NCBI GenBank assembly: GCA_044225365.1
Contig: JBGAIQ010000043.1
Span: 1 to 50,019, forward strand
Reading direction: 5' to 3'
DNA: 50,019 nucleotides
Origin: Planctomycetota bacterium
GTDB taxonomy: Bacteria; Planctomycetota; B15-G4; JADJEK01
Below, one piece after another: positions 26,950-36,071 of this stretch. Positions within the stretch are counted from its first letter, which is position 1; every line of letters starts with the position of its first letter. The translations under genes were made by a program, and so were the position numbers. The notes under the pieces were generated by a model that made no database searches, had not been told where the DNA came from, and worked only from the letters and a program-made list of their open reading frames with translations.

Positions 26950-28974
26950 ATGGCGCGACGGCTGCTCGCCATCGTCTTCGGCGTCCTGCTCGGGCTCCTG
27001 CTCGTCGAGGCAGGGTGCCGCGCGTACGTGCGCTTCGCATGGACGCAAGACGATCGCGACCGGCTCGTGCTGCCCTACGAGCAACTGCCGTATCTGCCGC
27101 ACCCGTACGTCAATTGGGTGAATCGCCCGAGTTGCGTCGCGCGCGACGGCGAATTGCACAACTCCCAGGGATTCCGCGGACCCGAGCGCTCGATCTCGAA
27201 GGCCAAGGACGTCTTTCGGATCGCGTGTCTCGGCGGTTCCACCACGTACACGCAGCGGGTGAAGGAAGCCGAGACCTATCCGGCTCGACTCGAGGCCTAC
27301 CTCCTCGAGAAGGCGCCGGGCAGGAAAGTCGAAGTCCTCAACACGGGAGTGAAGGGATACACGACCGCCGAGTCCCTCCTCAATCTGCTCTTCGTCGTCC
27401 TCGACCACGCGCCGGACGCGATCGTCGTCTACCACGCGGTCAACGACTTCTACCCGCGCTGCTATCCGCGGTTTCGACCGGACTACCTGCACTGTCGCAG
27501 CGTGTGGGTCGGTGAGGATCTGAAGAAGAACGCGTTCCTCGAGCTCGCGGAATCGACGGCCTTCTTCCCGCTCGCGCGATCGCGGCTCACCGATTACACG
27601 AAGCGTGGGGCGCTGTACTACTGGATCTACGATCCGTTGCAGACCCAGGGCTCGCGCGAGTTCGGGCTGAAGAACAGCACGACCGAGGGATTCGAGATGA
27701 ACCTCGCCGCGATCTGCCGCATCGCGAAGCTGCGGGGGATCCAATGCGTGATCGTGAGTCAGGCGCAGAATCTCGTTTCCGATTTCAGTGACAAGCCGAG
27801 TCCGGAACCGATCGATCAGATGAACGCCGCCGCCGCGAAGGTCGCCGCGGCCGAGGGCGCGCTGTTCGTGGACGCGGCGAAGGACTTCCCGCAGACCGAG
27901 GGGTACTTCGACAAGAACGACATCGTTCACATGCAGGCGTTGGGTGCGACGGAACTCGCGCGGCGCGTCGGCGACGGAATGCTCGCGGCGAAGGTCCTCG
28001 ATCGTCCCGCGCCGGCCGCGTCCATGGAGTGGGACGCGCCGTCTGCTCTCAAGGACCTACCGAGGCTCGAATCGCCCTTGCCCGCTGCGAGTCGCGCGCG
28101 GATCGAGAACGGCGATATCGTGCATCCCTCGCCGTATTTCGGATACGCACTGGTGCCGGGCGCTCGAGCGAGCGAGGGCTTGGGCCCGCACGACGAATAC
28201 GGGCGGCGAACCGCCGCGATTCCCGCCGCCGACCCAAAGCGAGAGCGCAGGATCGTGGTGCTTGGCGGCTCGTCGACGTACGGCGTCGGCGTCTCCGCGG
28301 AGGATTCGATGCCCGCGCAACTGCAGCGCCTCGTCCGCGCGCGCGGCATGAACAACATGGTCGTGATGAACTGCGGAGTTCCCGGCTACACGACGGCGGA
28401 GATGCTCGCCGCGGCGCACTTCCGCGACCTTCGCGTTGGAGCGCAGATCGTCGTCATCGACTACGATTTCGAAGACGCCGTTCCGCGCACGCTCCCGGGT
28501 TATCGCACCGACTACGCGCACGCGCGCAAGACGTTCCGATTCGGCGCTCCGACGTTCCCCGCGAGCCTGGTGACGACCACGTTGACGCGCGGCTTCGATC
28601 CGCTGGGAAGCGGCGCGCCGCTCCTCGCGCTGCGCGACGGCGAAACCCCGTCGCTGCGCGACAGCCGCGTGACGCGTCCGGGGCCGTACGCGACGTACCG
28701 GAATCTCCGGTCGCTCGTCGACCTCGCGCGCGCCACGCCCGGAGTCGAGCGGGTGATCCTCGTGCGCGCCGTCGCACCGAACGGCGAGCTGGGATTCGTC
28801 ACCGCCGCGCAGGATTGGAACGATGCTGCGAAGCAGATCGCGAGGGAGACGCGCGCAAGCGTCGTCGATCCCGGAGAACTCACGGGATGCTGCCAGCCCG
28901 GGAGCTACCTGCCGAACCGGGAGGGAAACGCGAGGCGCGCGGATGCCGTCCTAAAAGCGATTCGCGGCGAGTGA
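26950..28974 (+). CDS. Membrane-anchored protein with two SGNH/GDSL hydrolase domains
   Basis: N-terminal TM, HNSQGFRG, RIACLGGSTT, NTGVKGYTT, AVND, DIVH. Second domain RIVVLGGSST, NCGVPGYTT. Confidence 0.82.
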   Translation: MARRLLAIVFGVLLGLLLVEAGCRAYVRFAWTQDDRDRLVLPYEQLPYLPHPYVNWVNRPSCVARDGELHNSQGFRGPERSISKAKDVFRIACLGGSTTYTQRVKEAETYPARLEAYLLEKAPGRKVEVLNTGVKGYTTAESLLNLLFVVLDHAPDAIVVYHAVNDFYPRCYPRFRPDYLHCRSVWVGEDLKKNAFLELAESTAFFPLARSRLTDYTKRGALYYWIYDPLQTQGSREFGLKNSTTEGFEMNLAAICRIAKLRGIQCVIVSQAQNLVSDFSDKPSPEPIDQMNAAAAKVAAAEGALFVDAAKDFPQTEGYFDKNDIVHMQALGATELARRVGDGMLAAKVLDRPAPAASMEWDAPSALKDLPRLESPLPAASRARIENGDIVHPSPYFGYALVPGARASEGLGPHDEYGRRTAAIPAADPKRERRIVVLGGSSTYGVGVSAEDSMPAQLQRLVRARGMNNMVVMNCGVPGYTTAEMLAAAHFRDLRVGAQIVVIDYDFEDAVPRTLPGYRTDYAHARKTFRFGAPTFPASLVTTTLTRGFDPLGSGAPLLALRDGETPSLRDSRVTRPGPYATYRNLRSLVDLARATPGVERVILVRAVAPNGELGFVTAAQDWNDAAKQIARETRASVVDPGELTGCCQPGSYLPNREGNARRADAVLKAIRGE

Positions 28975-29094
28975 TTCTTGGAGTATCCTCGTCCGGATCG
29001 CGAGGGTCGCGCGATAGATGCCGGGGTAGCTCTTTCGATCCGTGGACCCGCCGATCGTCACCACCAAGCTTGCTCGAATGAGGGAAACCAAGGC

Positions 29095-30825
29095 ATGAAA
29101 ACGGTCTTCGCCCGCAATCCCAGCGTTCGCATCCTCCATTCGACGACCTTGTGGTTCACCGCACTCTGCGGAGCCGCGAGTTCCCAAGTCCCGCTCATGA
29201 ACCTGGTGAGCTCAACGGGCGATGACGATTTCGGGGCCGATGTCACCCTCGTCGGTGACGTCGACGGCGACGGCGTCCCGGACTTCGCGATCGGCGTACC
29301 GCGAACGGTGGGCCCCACGGGCGCAACGGCGGGAGGTCCTGGCGCAGTGCGGGTCATCTCCGGCGCCACCGGTTCCCTGCTCTTCGTCGGGAATGGCCTC
29401 CACGCGAACGATTTCTTCGGCAGCGCTGTGGCGGGTGGGGGAGATGTCGATGCCGACGGATTTCCGGATCTAGTCGCGGGCGGATTCCTGATGACGAACG
29501 GGCCGTCCGCCGCGGGCGGCATCCGCGTCTTCTCCGTCGCGAACGGCACCGTACTCTTCACTCGGTTCGGCGATTCGGCGAACGATTGGCTCGGTTTCGC
29601 GGTCGCGGATGCGGGTGATGTCGACTCGGATGGTCACGCCGACGTTGCCTGCGGCGCGCCGTACGACGACAACGCGACGACCGACTCCGGCAGCGTGCGG
29701 GTCTACTCCGGCTCGAACGGCAGCGTGCTGTACACGCTGAACGGCTCGTTCCCGCAGGGAGGATTCGGGCGCGCATTGGATGGAATCGGCGATGCGACCG
29801 GCGACGGGGTGGACGATCTCGCGGTCGGAGTGCCCTATGCCACCGTGCTGAAACCCCAGTCCGGACAACTGCGGATCTACTCGGGCGCCTCCGGCGGCCA
29901 ACACCTCGCACTCTCCGGCGTCGCGAACCTCGAATCGTTCGGCTCGAGCGTGTCCCGGGCCGGCGACCTCGATGGCGACGGGCGCGGTGAAGTGCTCGTC
30001 GGCACTTCGGCCAACGCCGTACGCATCCACTCCGGCAGCGACGGCGCGCAGATCATGGCGTTCTCCGCCGGCACGCCCGGGGATCTCGCCGGTACCGTGG
30101 CGGCGATGGCGCACGACTTCAACGGCGACGGCGTGGCGGACGTGATCGTCGGAGCGCCTCGCTCCAACCTGAACGGCACGGAATCGGGCGCGGCCTTCGT
30201 CGTCTCGGGACAGAACGGATCCGTACTGGAGACTCTTCGCGGCACCGGCGCGTTCGCTCACTTCGGGTCGAGCGTGGCGGGGATCGAAGACGTCGATTCG
30301 GACGGCCGCGCGGACGTGCTCGTCGGTGCGCCGGATGGAGGGATCGCGGGATTCGGTTTCGGCGGGGTCGCGCAGGTCTTCGTGGGCCTGCCGGCGGGAT
30401 GCGTGAACGGACCGGGAAGCGTGGACCTCAACGTGGACGGAGTGCCCGATCCCTGCCAGTTCTGCCAATCGAATCTTGCGGCCGGTGGGCCGGGAAACCT
30501 GCATCTGCAGATCTGCGGCGATTCCCTCACCTTCACCGGCAGCGTCGCGACGCTCGGCTTGTCGAAGGGCACGCCGGGAGGTCCGTTGTTCCTCCTGGCC
30601 TCGACGAGCAGTCATCCGACGCCGCTCCTCGGTGGCACCGTCTGGCCGTTCCCCGTGATCGCGATGATCACGGGCAACTTCGACGCGGAGGGCAAGTGGC
30701 GGCTCAAGATCCCAGGGGGACCGGCGCCCACCGTGAACGTGTACCTGCAGGCGATCGCGCCCTGGCCGGGCGGAACGTCGCCCTACGAGATCTCGGGTCC
30801 GACCCTGCTCAAGCTCGGCTACTGA
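29095..30825 (+). CDS. Secreted FG-GAP repeat protein
   Basis: FG..V...GDVDGDG.PD and GAP repeats. C-terminal domain ...VYLQAI...EISGPTLLKLGY. Confidence 0.88.
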   Translation: MKTVFARNPSVRILHSTTLWFTALCGAASSQVPLMNLVSSTGDDDFGADVTLVGDVDGDGVPDFAIGVPRTVGPTGATAGGPGAVRVISGATGSLLFVGNGLHANDFFGSAVAGGGDVDADGFPDLVAGGFLMTNGPSAAGGIRVFSVANGTVLFTRFGDSANDWLGFAVADAGDVDSDGHADVACGAPYDDNATTDSGSVRVYSGSNGSVLYTLNGSFPQGGFGRALDGIGDATGDGVDDLAVGVPYATVLKPQSGQLRIYSGASGGQHLALSGVANLESFGSSVSRAGDLDGDGRGEVLVGTSANAVRIHSGSDGAQIMAFSAGTPGDLAGTVAAMAHDFNGDGVADVIVGAPRSNLNGTESGAAFVVSGQNGSVLETLRGTGAFAHFGSSVAGIEDVDSDGRADVLVGAPDGGIAGFGFGGVAQVFVGLPAGCVNGPGSVDLNVDGVPDPCQFCQSNLAAGGPGNLHLQICGDSLTFTGSVATLGLSKGTPGGPLFLLASTSSHPTPLLGGTVWPFPVIAMITGNFDAEGKWRLKIPGGPAPTVNVYLQAIAPWPGGTSPYEISGPTLLKLGY

Positions 30826-30959
30826 TTCGCCAGGCCCCGACGTCGCGGTCAAGTGGCGGTGGACAAAGCCGGGGGCGGATCGGTTAGAGTGACGCGCTTC
30901 CTCGGTCGGGGCGGTCCCGATCGTGTTTCGCGGCGCGAGATCGAGTACCCCAAGTACCC

Positions 30960-32036
30960 ATGACGGCACGCAAGCCCGATCCGATGCAGCACACGCTCGA
31001 CTTCGAGCGTCCGATCGTCGAATTGGAATTGAAGATCCAGGGGCTCGAGGAGCTCGCCGAGCAGACGAGCATGGATCTCACCGCGGAGACGCGGCCGCTG
31101 CGCGAACTGCGCGACAAGTTGCTGAAGCAGATCTTCTCGTCGCTCACCCCGTGGCAGATGGTGCGGCTCGCCCGCCATCCCCAGCGGCCTCTGACCTTCG
31201 ACTACCTGCGGCTGATCTTCGAGGACGTGATCGAACTGCGCGGCGACCGATTGTTCGCGGACGATCGCGCGATCCTCACGGCGCTCGCCCGCATCGGCGA
31301 CGAGCGCGTGATGCTCGTCGCCCATCAGAAGGGCAAGACGACGGAAGAGCGCCTCGCGACCAACTTCGGCTGTGCGCATCCCGAGGGCTACCGGAAGGCG
31401 CTGCTCAAGATGAAGCTCGCCGAGAAGTTCGGCCTGCCCATCGTCACCCTGATCAACACTCCGGGCGCCTATCCCGGAATCGGCGCGGAGGAGCGCGGCC
31501 AGGCCGGCGCGATCGCGCTCAACATCCTCGAGATGTCTCATCTGAACGTGCCGATCGTGTCGTGCGTGATCGGCGAAGGCGGGTCGGGCGGGGCGCTCGG
31601 CATCGGCGTCTGCGACCGGCTCCTGATGATGGAGTACGCCTACTATTCGGTGATCTCGCCCGAAGGGTGCGCCGCGATCCTGTGGAAGAGCGGCGAGAAG
31701 GCCGAGGAGGCCGCAACCGCCCTGAAGCTCACGGCGCGCGACCTCCAGGGCCTCGCGCTCATCGACGAGATCGTCCCCGAGCCGCTCGGCGGCGCGCACC
31801 GCGATCACGCCAAGGCCGCCATCCTGCTGCGAGACCGCATCCTGCGCAATCTCAAGGAGTTGAAGTCCGTGCCGCGGGCAGAATTGATGGCGCGGCGTTA
31901 CGCACGCTACCGCTCGATCGGCAATTCCGAATCGATCGCCGCGCAGGTGAAATCCGGGCGCGAGGTCGCGGCCCAACGTCTGTCGGGAAAGGGCGGGAAA
32001 GCGGGCAAGGGCGGCAAGAGCGCAGCGCGGGAGTGA
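30960..32036 (+). CDS. accA: Acetyl-CoA carboxylase carboxyltransferase alpha subunit
   Basis: LDFERPI, ARHPQRP, PEGYRKA, TPGAYPGIGAEERGQ, GEGGSGGALG, YSVISPEGCAAILW, EPLGGAHR. Confidence 0.96.
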   Translation: MTARKPDPMQHTLDFERPIVELELKIQGLEELAEQTSMDLTAETRPLRELRDKLLKQIFSSLTPWQMVRLARHPQRPLTFDYLRLIFEDVIELRGDRLFADDRAILTALARIGDERVMLVAHQKGKTTEERLATNFGCAHPEGYRKALLKMKLAEKFGLPIVTLINTPGAYPGIGAEERGQAGAIALNILEMSHLNVPIVSCVIGEGGSGGALGIGVCDRLLMMEYAYYSVISPEGCAAILWKSGEKAEEAATALKLTARDLQGLALIDEIVPEPLGGAHRDHAKAAILLRDRILRNLKELKSVPRAELMARRYARYRSIGNSESIAAQVKSGREVAAQRLSGKGGKAGKGGKSAARE

Positions 32037-32203
32037 ACCGCGAACGAAGCCGAAGACACGCCCCCGTTGCTCCGGATTTCAGGATAAACTCACAACCGGC
32101 TGCCGCGCGTCGTAGCTAGCGCGGCCCGCACGATCCGCCGGCGTTCTCGACCCGACCTCGACGAGAGGATCTGCTTGGGAGCGTCGACAGCCCGGAGCAC
32201 TGC

Positions 32204-32857
32204 TTGAACGTCCATTCCTTCTCTCGATTCGTCACGCGCAATGCGAACGCGACGGAGCTCACTCCCGAGCGCCGCCTCGACAACGAGCTCATTCGCTCGG
32301 CGCAGCGCGGCGACCGCGATGGGTTCGCCGAACTCGTCAAGCTGTACCACGCGCGAGCGTACTGGGTGGCGTATGGACTCCTCGGCGACGAAGAGGACGC
32401 GCGCGACGTCGTTCAAGACGCGTTCATCCGTGTGCTCGGCGCGCTCGAGCGCTTCGACTTCGCGCAGAGTTTCTACACCTGGCTGTATCGGATCATCGTC
32501 AATCTCTCGATCGATCGGTTGCGCCGCCGCGGCAAGGCGCGCAGCGTCGCGCTCGACGACGTCGCCGAACCGGTGGCCGAGGTCCAGGGCGAGCAGATCC
32601 CGTCCGATCGGATCGAATCCGGGGAGACGAAGAAGGAAGTGCACGCCGTCCTCGAGACGCTGCCGGAGAAGTACAAGACCGTGATGGTGCTGCGCGAATT
32701 GAATGGTCTCTCCTGCAAGGAGATCGCGCGCATCGTCCACTGCAGTCATGCGACGGTGCGATGGCGCCTGCACGTCGCGCGAAAGTTCTTCAAGGACGCG
32801 TGGGAGCGTCGTGAGCGACTCCGAGATCAGCAGCAGCAGCTCGGAGAACTCGCATGA
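32204..32857 (+). CDS. ECF RNA polymerase sigma factor (RpoE/SigW-like)
   Basis: DARDVVQDAF, FYTWLYRIIVNLSIDRLRR, LPEKYK.VMVLRELNGLS.KEIA...TVRWRLH.AR. Exact start uncertain. Confidence 0.92.
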   Translation: MNVHSFSRFVTRNANATELTPERRLDNELIRSAQRGDRDGFAELVKLYHARAYWVAYGLLGDEEDARDVVQDAFIRVLGALERFDFAQSFYTWLYRIIVNLSIDRLRRRGKARSVALDDVAEPVAEVQGEQIPSDRIESGETKKEVHAVLETLPEKYKTVMVLRELNGLSCKEIARIVHCSHATVRWRLHVARKFFKDAWERRERLRDQQQQLGELA

Positions 32858-33438
32858 AGTGCAAGCGCGCGATCGATCTCATTCCGCTCGCCGCGGGCGG
32901 TGACCTCGATGCCGAGGATCTCGTTGCGGTCGAGACCCACGTGTCGAGCTGCCTGCCGTGCTACCGCGAACTGCAGCGCTTCCGCGCCGCGCTCGCCCCG
33001 CTCCGCGAGATGCGCGAGCGCGGAACGTTGCCGAAGGATCTGCTCTGCGATGTCCTGTCCGCCGTCGACTCGGCGCGCGAGCGCGTGGGTGGCGAAGCGC
33101 CGCTCGTTTCTGGCGGGTTCGTCCGTCGCGCCGCGGCGATCGCGGCCGTCGTGATCCTCGGCGTGTTCGCCGGATCGTGGTTCGCGCGTCACGACGCCGT
33201 CGTCGACCCGCCGACCCGCATCGCGTCGAGTCCCTTCGACCACTTCTCGAAGGAGGTGAAGACCATCTCGTACCCCGTGCGTCGAGATGTCTTCGGTGGC
33301 GCGTCTCCCGTGCTGTTGCCCGCTGTCGCAACGCCCGCGATGAGCGCTTACCCGACCGATGATTACTATGTTCGCATTCGTCGCTCCCAGCCGAATCCGG
33401 CGGTCCTGCGTTCGAACTCGCAAGCGGATGGCTTCTGA
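32854..33438 (+). CDS. Zinc-binding (zf-HC2) transmembrane anti-sigma factor
   Basis: HVSSCLPC (HxxxCxxC), one TM helix, ATGA overlap with the sigma gene. Confidence 0.85.
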   Translation: MKCKRAIDLIPLAAGGDLDAEDLVAVETHVSSCLPCYRELQRFRAALAPLREMRERGTLPKDLLCDVLSAVDSARERVGGEAPLVSGGFVRRAAAIAAVVILGVFAGSWFARHDAVVDPPTRIASSPFDHFSKEVKTISYPVRRDVFGGASPVLLPAVATPAMSAYPTDDYYVRIRRSQPNPAVLRSNSQADGF

Positions 33439-34645
33439 TCGCGAGCGCGCGTTCCGGCACTTCGTCCCCACGGCCTTGATTGCGTTCGTCGCCTTCGGCG
33501 TTTCCGTTGGCACTGCCAGAGCGCAGGGTGAATCTGCCAGGGCGCAGGGGGGCGATGCGGCGAGAACGGAGGGTCCGCGGCCCGCGAGCGAACTCGTCGG
33601 ACTCGACGCCGTCGTCGCACGCACGGTGAGAGTGCAGATCACGCGCATTCCCAAGGCGAAGGTCGCCGGTTCCGAGGATTCCGGGACGTCGGCGAAGGCC
33701 AACGACCCGAAGGCGGGTCCGGCGAAGAGCAGTTGGGGAACTTCGCCGTCGGAGCCCGTTCGCGAGCAAGTCGTGGGATACATCCTCGACGACGGCGAAC
33801 GGATCGCCACCTTCGGCGACCTGCTCGAAGACGCGGCGATGATCGTCGTCGAGACGAGTACCGGCGAACTGCGCCGCGGCAAGAGCGCGGGGCGCGATCC
33901 GCAGAGCGGGATCGGCCTCGTCTGCGTCGACAAGTTGCCCGTGCCGCCGGCCCCTCGATTCGATTCCACGAACGCTCGCGCCTGCCCACTCGGAACGAGC
34001 GTGTTCGTCGTGGGAGATCCCCAACACGTGGGACTCGCGCCGACCATGGGCTCGCTCGCGGCGCGGGCGCGCCAGGTCGACGAAGCGGAGAGTGGCGAGG
34101 CTGCGATCAAGCGACCGCCGATGCTGCAGCTCGCGATCGCATGCGATTCCGGTGATCGCGGCGGCCCCGTCGCGACCGCCGATGGGACGATCCTCGGCGT
34201 CTGCCTCGGACCCTATGCGGCTTCCGAGGGCAATCCGCATTCGACGCTCGCGTTCGCCGTGCCGATCGCCGAGGTCTTGTCGGTCTGCAAGCTGCTCGCT
34301 GACATCGATCGCGAGCACCAGCAGATCGAGACGCGCGGACATTCGTCCTGGCCCTACCTCGGGGTGTGGGCGATGGACATCTACGATCCCGTCCTCGAGG
34401 CACAGCTCGATCTCGACGAGGACCAGGGCATCTTGATCCAGAACGTATTCCCCGATTCGCCTGCCGCGAACTGCGGTCTCACGCGATACGACGTCGTCGC
34501 CAAGATCGACGGCAAGAAGCTGAAGGGCACGCTGGGCCTCAGGGAGATCCTGCGAGAGTGCAAGCCCGAGCAGACCATCGTCCTCGAAGTCATCCGCAAG
34601 GGCAAACGGTTCGACCTCCCCGTGCAACTGAAGTCGGCGGAATGA
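33428..34645 (+). CDS. HtrA/DegS-like trypsin-fold + PDZ protein, catalytic triad degenerate
   Basis: Signal/TM segment, trypsin-like core (GRDPQSGIGLV, GDRGGP, FAVPI), PDZ (YLGV...GILIQNVFPDSPAANCGL..YDVVAKIDG). Confidence 0.8.
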   Translation: MASDRERAFRHFVPTALIAFVAFGVSVGTARAQGESARAQGGDAARTEGPRPASELVGLDAVVARTVRVQITRIPKAKVAGSEDSGTSAKANDPKAGPAKSSWGTSPSEPVREQVVGYILDDGERIATFGDLLEDAAMIVVETSTGELRRGKSAGRDPQSGIGLVCVDKLPVPPAPRFDSTNARACPLGTSVFVVGDPQHVGLAPTMGSLAARARQVDEAESGEAAIKRPPMLQLAIACDSGDRGGPVATADGTILGVCLGPYAASEGNPHSTLAFAVPIAEVLSVCKLLADIDREHQQIETRGHSSWPYLGVWAMDIYDPVLEAQLDLDEDQGILIQNVFPDSPAANCGLTRYDVVAKIDGKKLKGTLGLREILRECKPEQTIVLEVIRKGKRFDLPVQLKSAE

Positions 34646-34709
34646 GGACGTGCGACGGGCCCCCGGGCCCGTTATCCTCATGCGGATCCAAGTCCGAGGA
34701 CCGTCCGCG

Positions 34710-35024
34710 ATGAATGCGGAGAAGATCGCCAAGTGGCAGGCCGCCGTCGCGAAGTCGCCGAACGATGAACTCGCTCGCTTCACGTTGGCGCGCGCCTTCC
34801 TCGAAGCGGGCAAGCTCGACGATGCGAAGCGCGAGTTCGAGGCGGTCGTGACGATGAAGGACGATTGGATGATGGCGTGGATCCTGCTCGGACGATGCTG
34901 CGTCGAGCTCGGCGAGGCCGGGTCGGCGCGCGCGGCGCTCGAGAAGGCTCGCGCGCTCGCGATCGCGCAGGGTCATTTCGACCCGCTGATCGAGATCGAT
35001 GAACTCATGAGCGAGATCCGTTGA
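34710..35024 (+). CDS. Small tetratricopeptide-repeat protein
   Basis: P.DELARFTLARAFLEAGKLDDAKREF, AWILLGRCCVELGE...ARAALEKA. GAGG upstream. Confidence 0.8.
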   Translation: MNAEKIAKWQAAVAKSPNDELARFTLARAFLEAGKLDDAKREFEAVVTMKDDWMMAWILLGRCCVELGEAGSARAALEKARALAIAQGHFDPLIEIDELMSEIR

Positions 35025-35026
35025 CG

Positions 35027-35719
35027 ATGATGCCGTACCGCAAGCCCGCGCTGTCGATCACCTGGAAGTTGCGCTCGCTGCTCGCACTCTGCGCCGCGAT
35101 GCCCGCCTGCTTCGCGCCCACGCAGGCCGAGGATCCGCTTCCCGGCCCCTCGATGCTCGGCGCCGTGACGGCGGATTCCACGAACGAGCGCAGCGCGATG
35201 GCGTCGATCCTCCTACCGGTGAGCGGCGAGGAAGCGGCGGCCTGGATCACGCAGAGCGATCACCTCGAACGCTGGTTCTGCGAAAAGGTCCAGATGGGCG
35301 GCGTCGGTGAGCCATTCATCATCGGCTACCCGAGCCTCCACAAGGAGTGGACCGGCAAACTCGTCGAACTCGATCCGAAGGGGCGACTCGTCGCCGAGGT
35401 GATGGCGCCGAACGTCGGCAAGCCGATCACGATCACGCTCGATCATGCGGAGGAAGGCGGATTCGAGCGTGTCACCTTCTCGATGGGGACGTTCGGGAAG
35501 GAGATGGCCGACGAGGTCGTCGCGGGCGGATTCCGCGAGGGCATGTCGGACGCGCTCGAGATCCTGAAGCTCGCCGCCGCCGGCGAGAAGACGACCCCGA
35601 AAGGTCCCCCGGTCGTCGAGCGGGTCTTCCATCCCCTCGAAACGCCCCGCGAGGGACTCGAGGCGGAGATGCGCATGAAGGCCGCGGCGAAGCCGCCGGT
35701 GAAGTCCGACTCACCTTGA
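35027..35719 (+). CDS. SRPBCC/AHSA1-like domain lipoprotein
   Basis: Signal with MPAC. AWITQSDHLERWF...G.LVELDP..RLV and the C-terminal helix G..DALEILK are typical of START/SRPBCC. Confidence 0.6.
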   Translation: MMPYRKPALSITWKLRSLLALCAAMPACFAPTQAEDPLPGPSMLGAVTADSTNERSAMASILLPVSGEEAAAWITQSDHLERWFCEKVQMGGVGEPFIIGYPSLHKEWTGKLVELDPKGRLVAEVMAPNVGKPITITLDHAEEGGFERVTFSMGTFGKEMADEVVAGGFREGMSDALEILKLAAAGEKTTPKGPPVVERVFHPLETPREGLEAEMRMKAAAKPPVKSDSP

Positions 35720-35818
35720 TGAGCCCCCGCTCGCTCGGCCTCCGGTCGGCGTAGGGTTTTCCTCGGGGCACGGCGGCCTTTCTTGTCTGCGGAATCGATT
35801 GAATTGGAATGCCGGCCC

Positions 35819-35900
35819 GTAGGGGCGCACGGCTTGTGCGCCCTCTTTTCTTCGGCACCGTCCGCAATGGAACGGCGGGGACACCGCCGTGTGCCCCCGC
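35819..35900. repeat. GTAG-type REP-like palindrome plus degenerate inverted copy (REPIN-like); first hairpin may act as terminator
   Basis: GTAG-GGGCGCAC-GGCTT-GTGCGCCC followed by TCTTTTCTTC. The reverse strand at 35877-35900 reads GCGGGGGCACACGGCGGTGTCCCC. Confidence 0.5.
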
Positions 35901-36071
35901 GTGGATGGCCGCGCGCGGCGCATCCCTCGACGAATACACCGGCATGGCCGCAACGCGGAACGCCGCGAATTCGTGCAACGCTCGTTCGCCCCCGTGCGAC
36001 AACCGTGAAGGAGCCAAACGGTCCTGCCCGTTCGCAGGGTGAATTCGAGAATCCGTCCGGAGTCGTGTGTC

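Noticed and set aside
35748-35760. 13-mer ggcgtagggtttt shared with 49832-49844
   Set aside because: Only two copies, in differing contexts. This is insufficient to call a regulatory motif.
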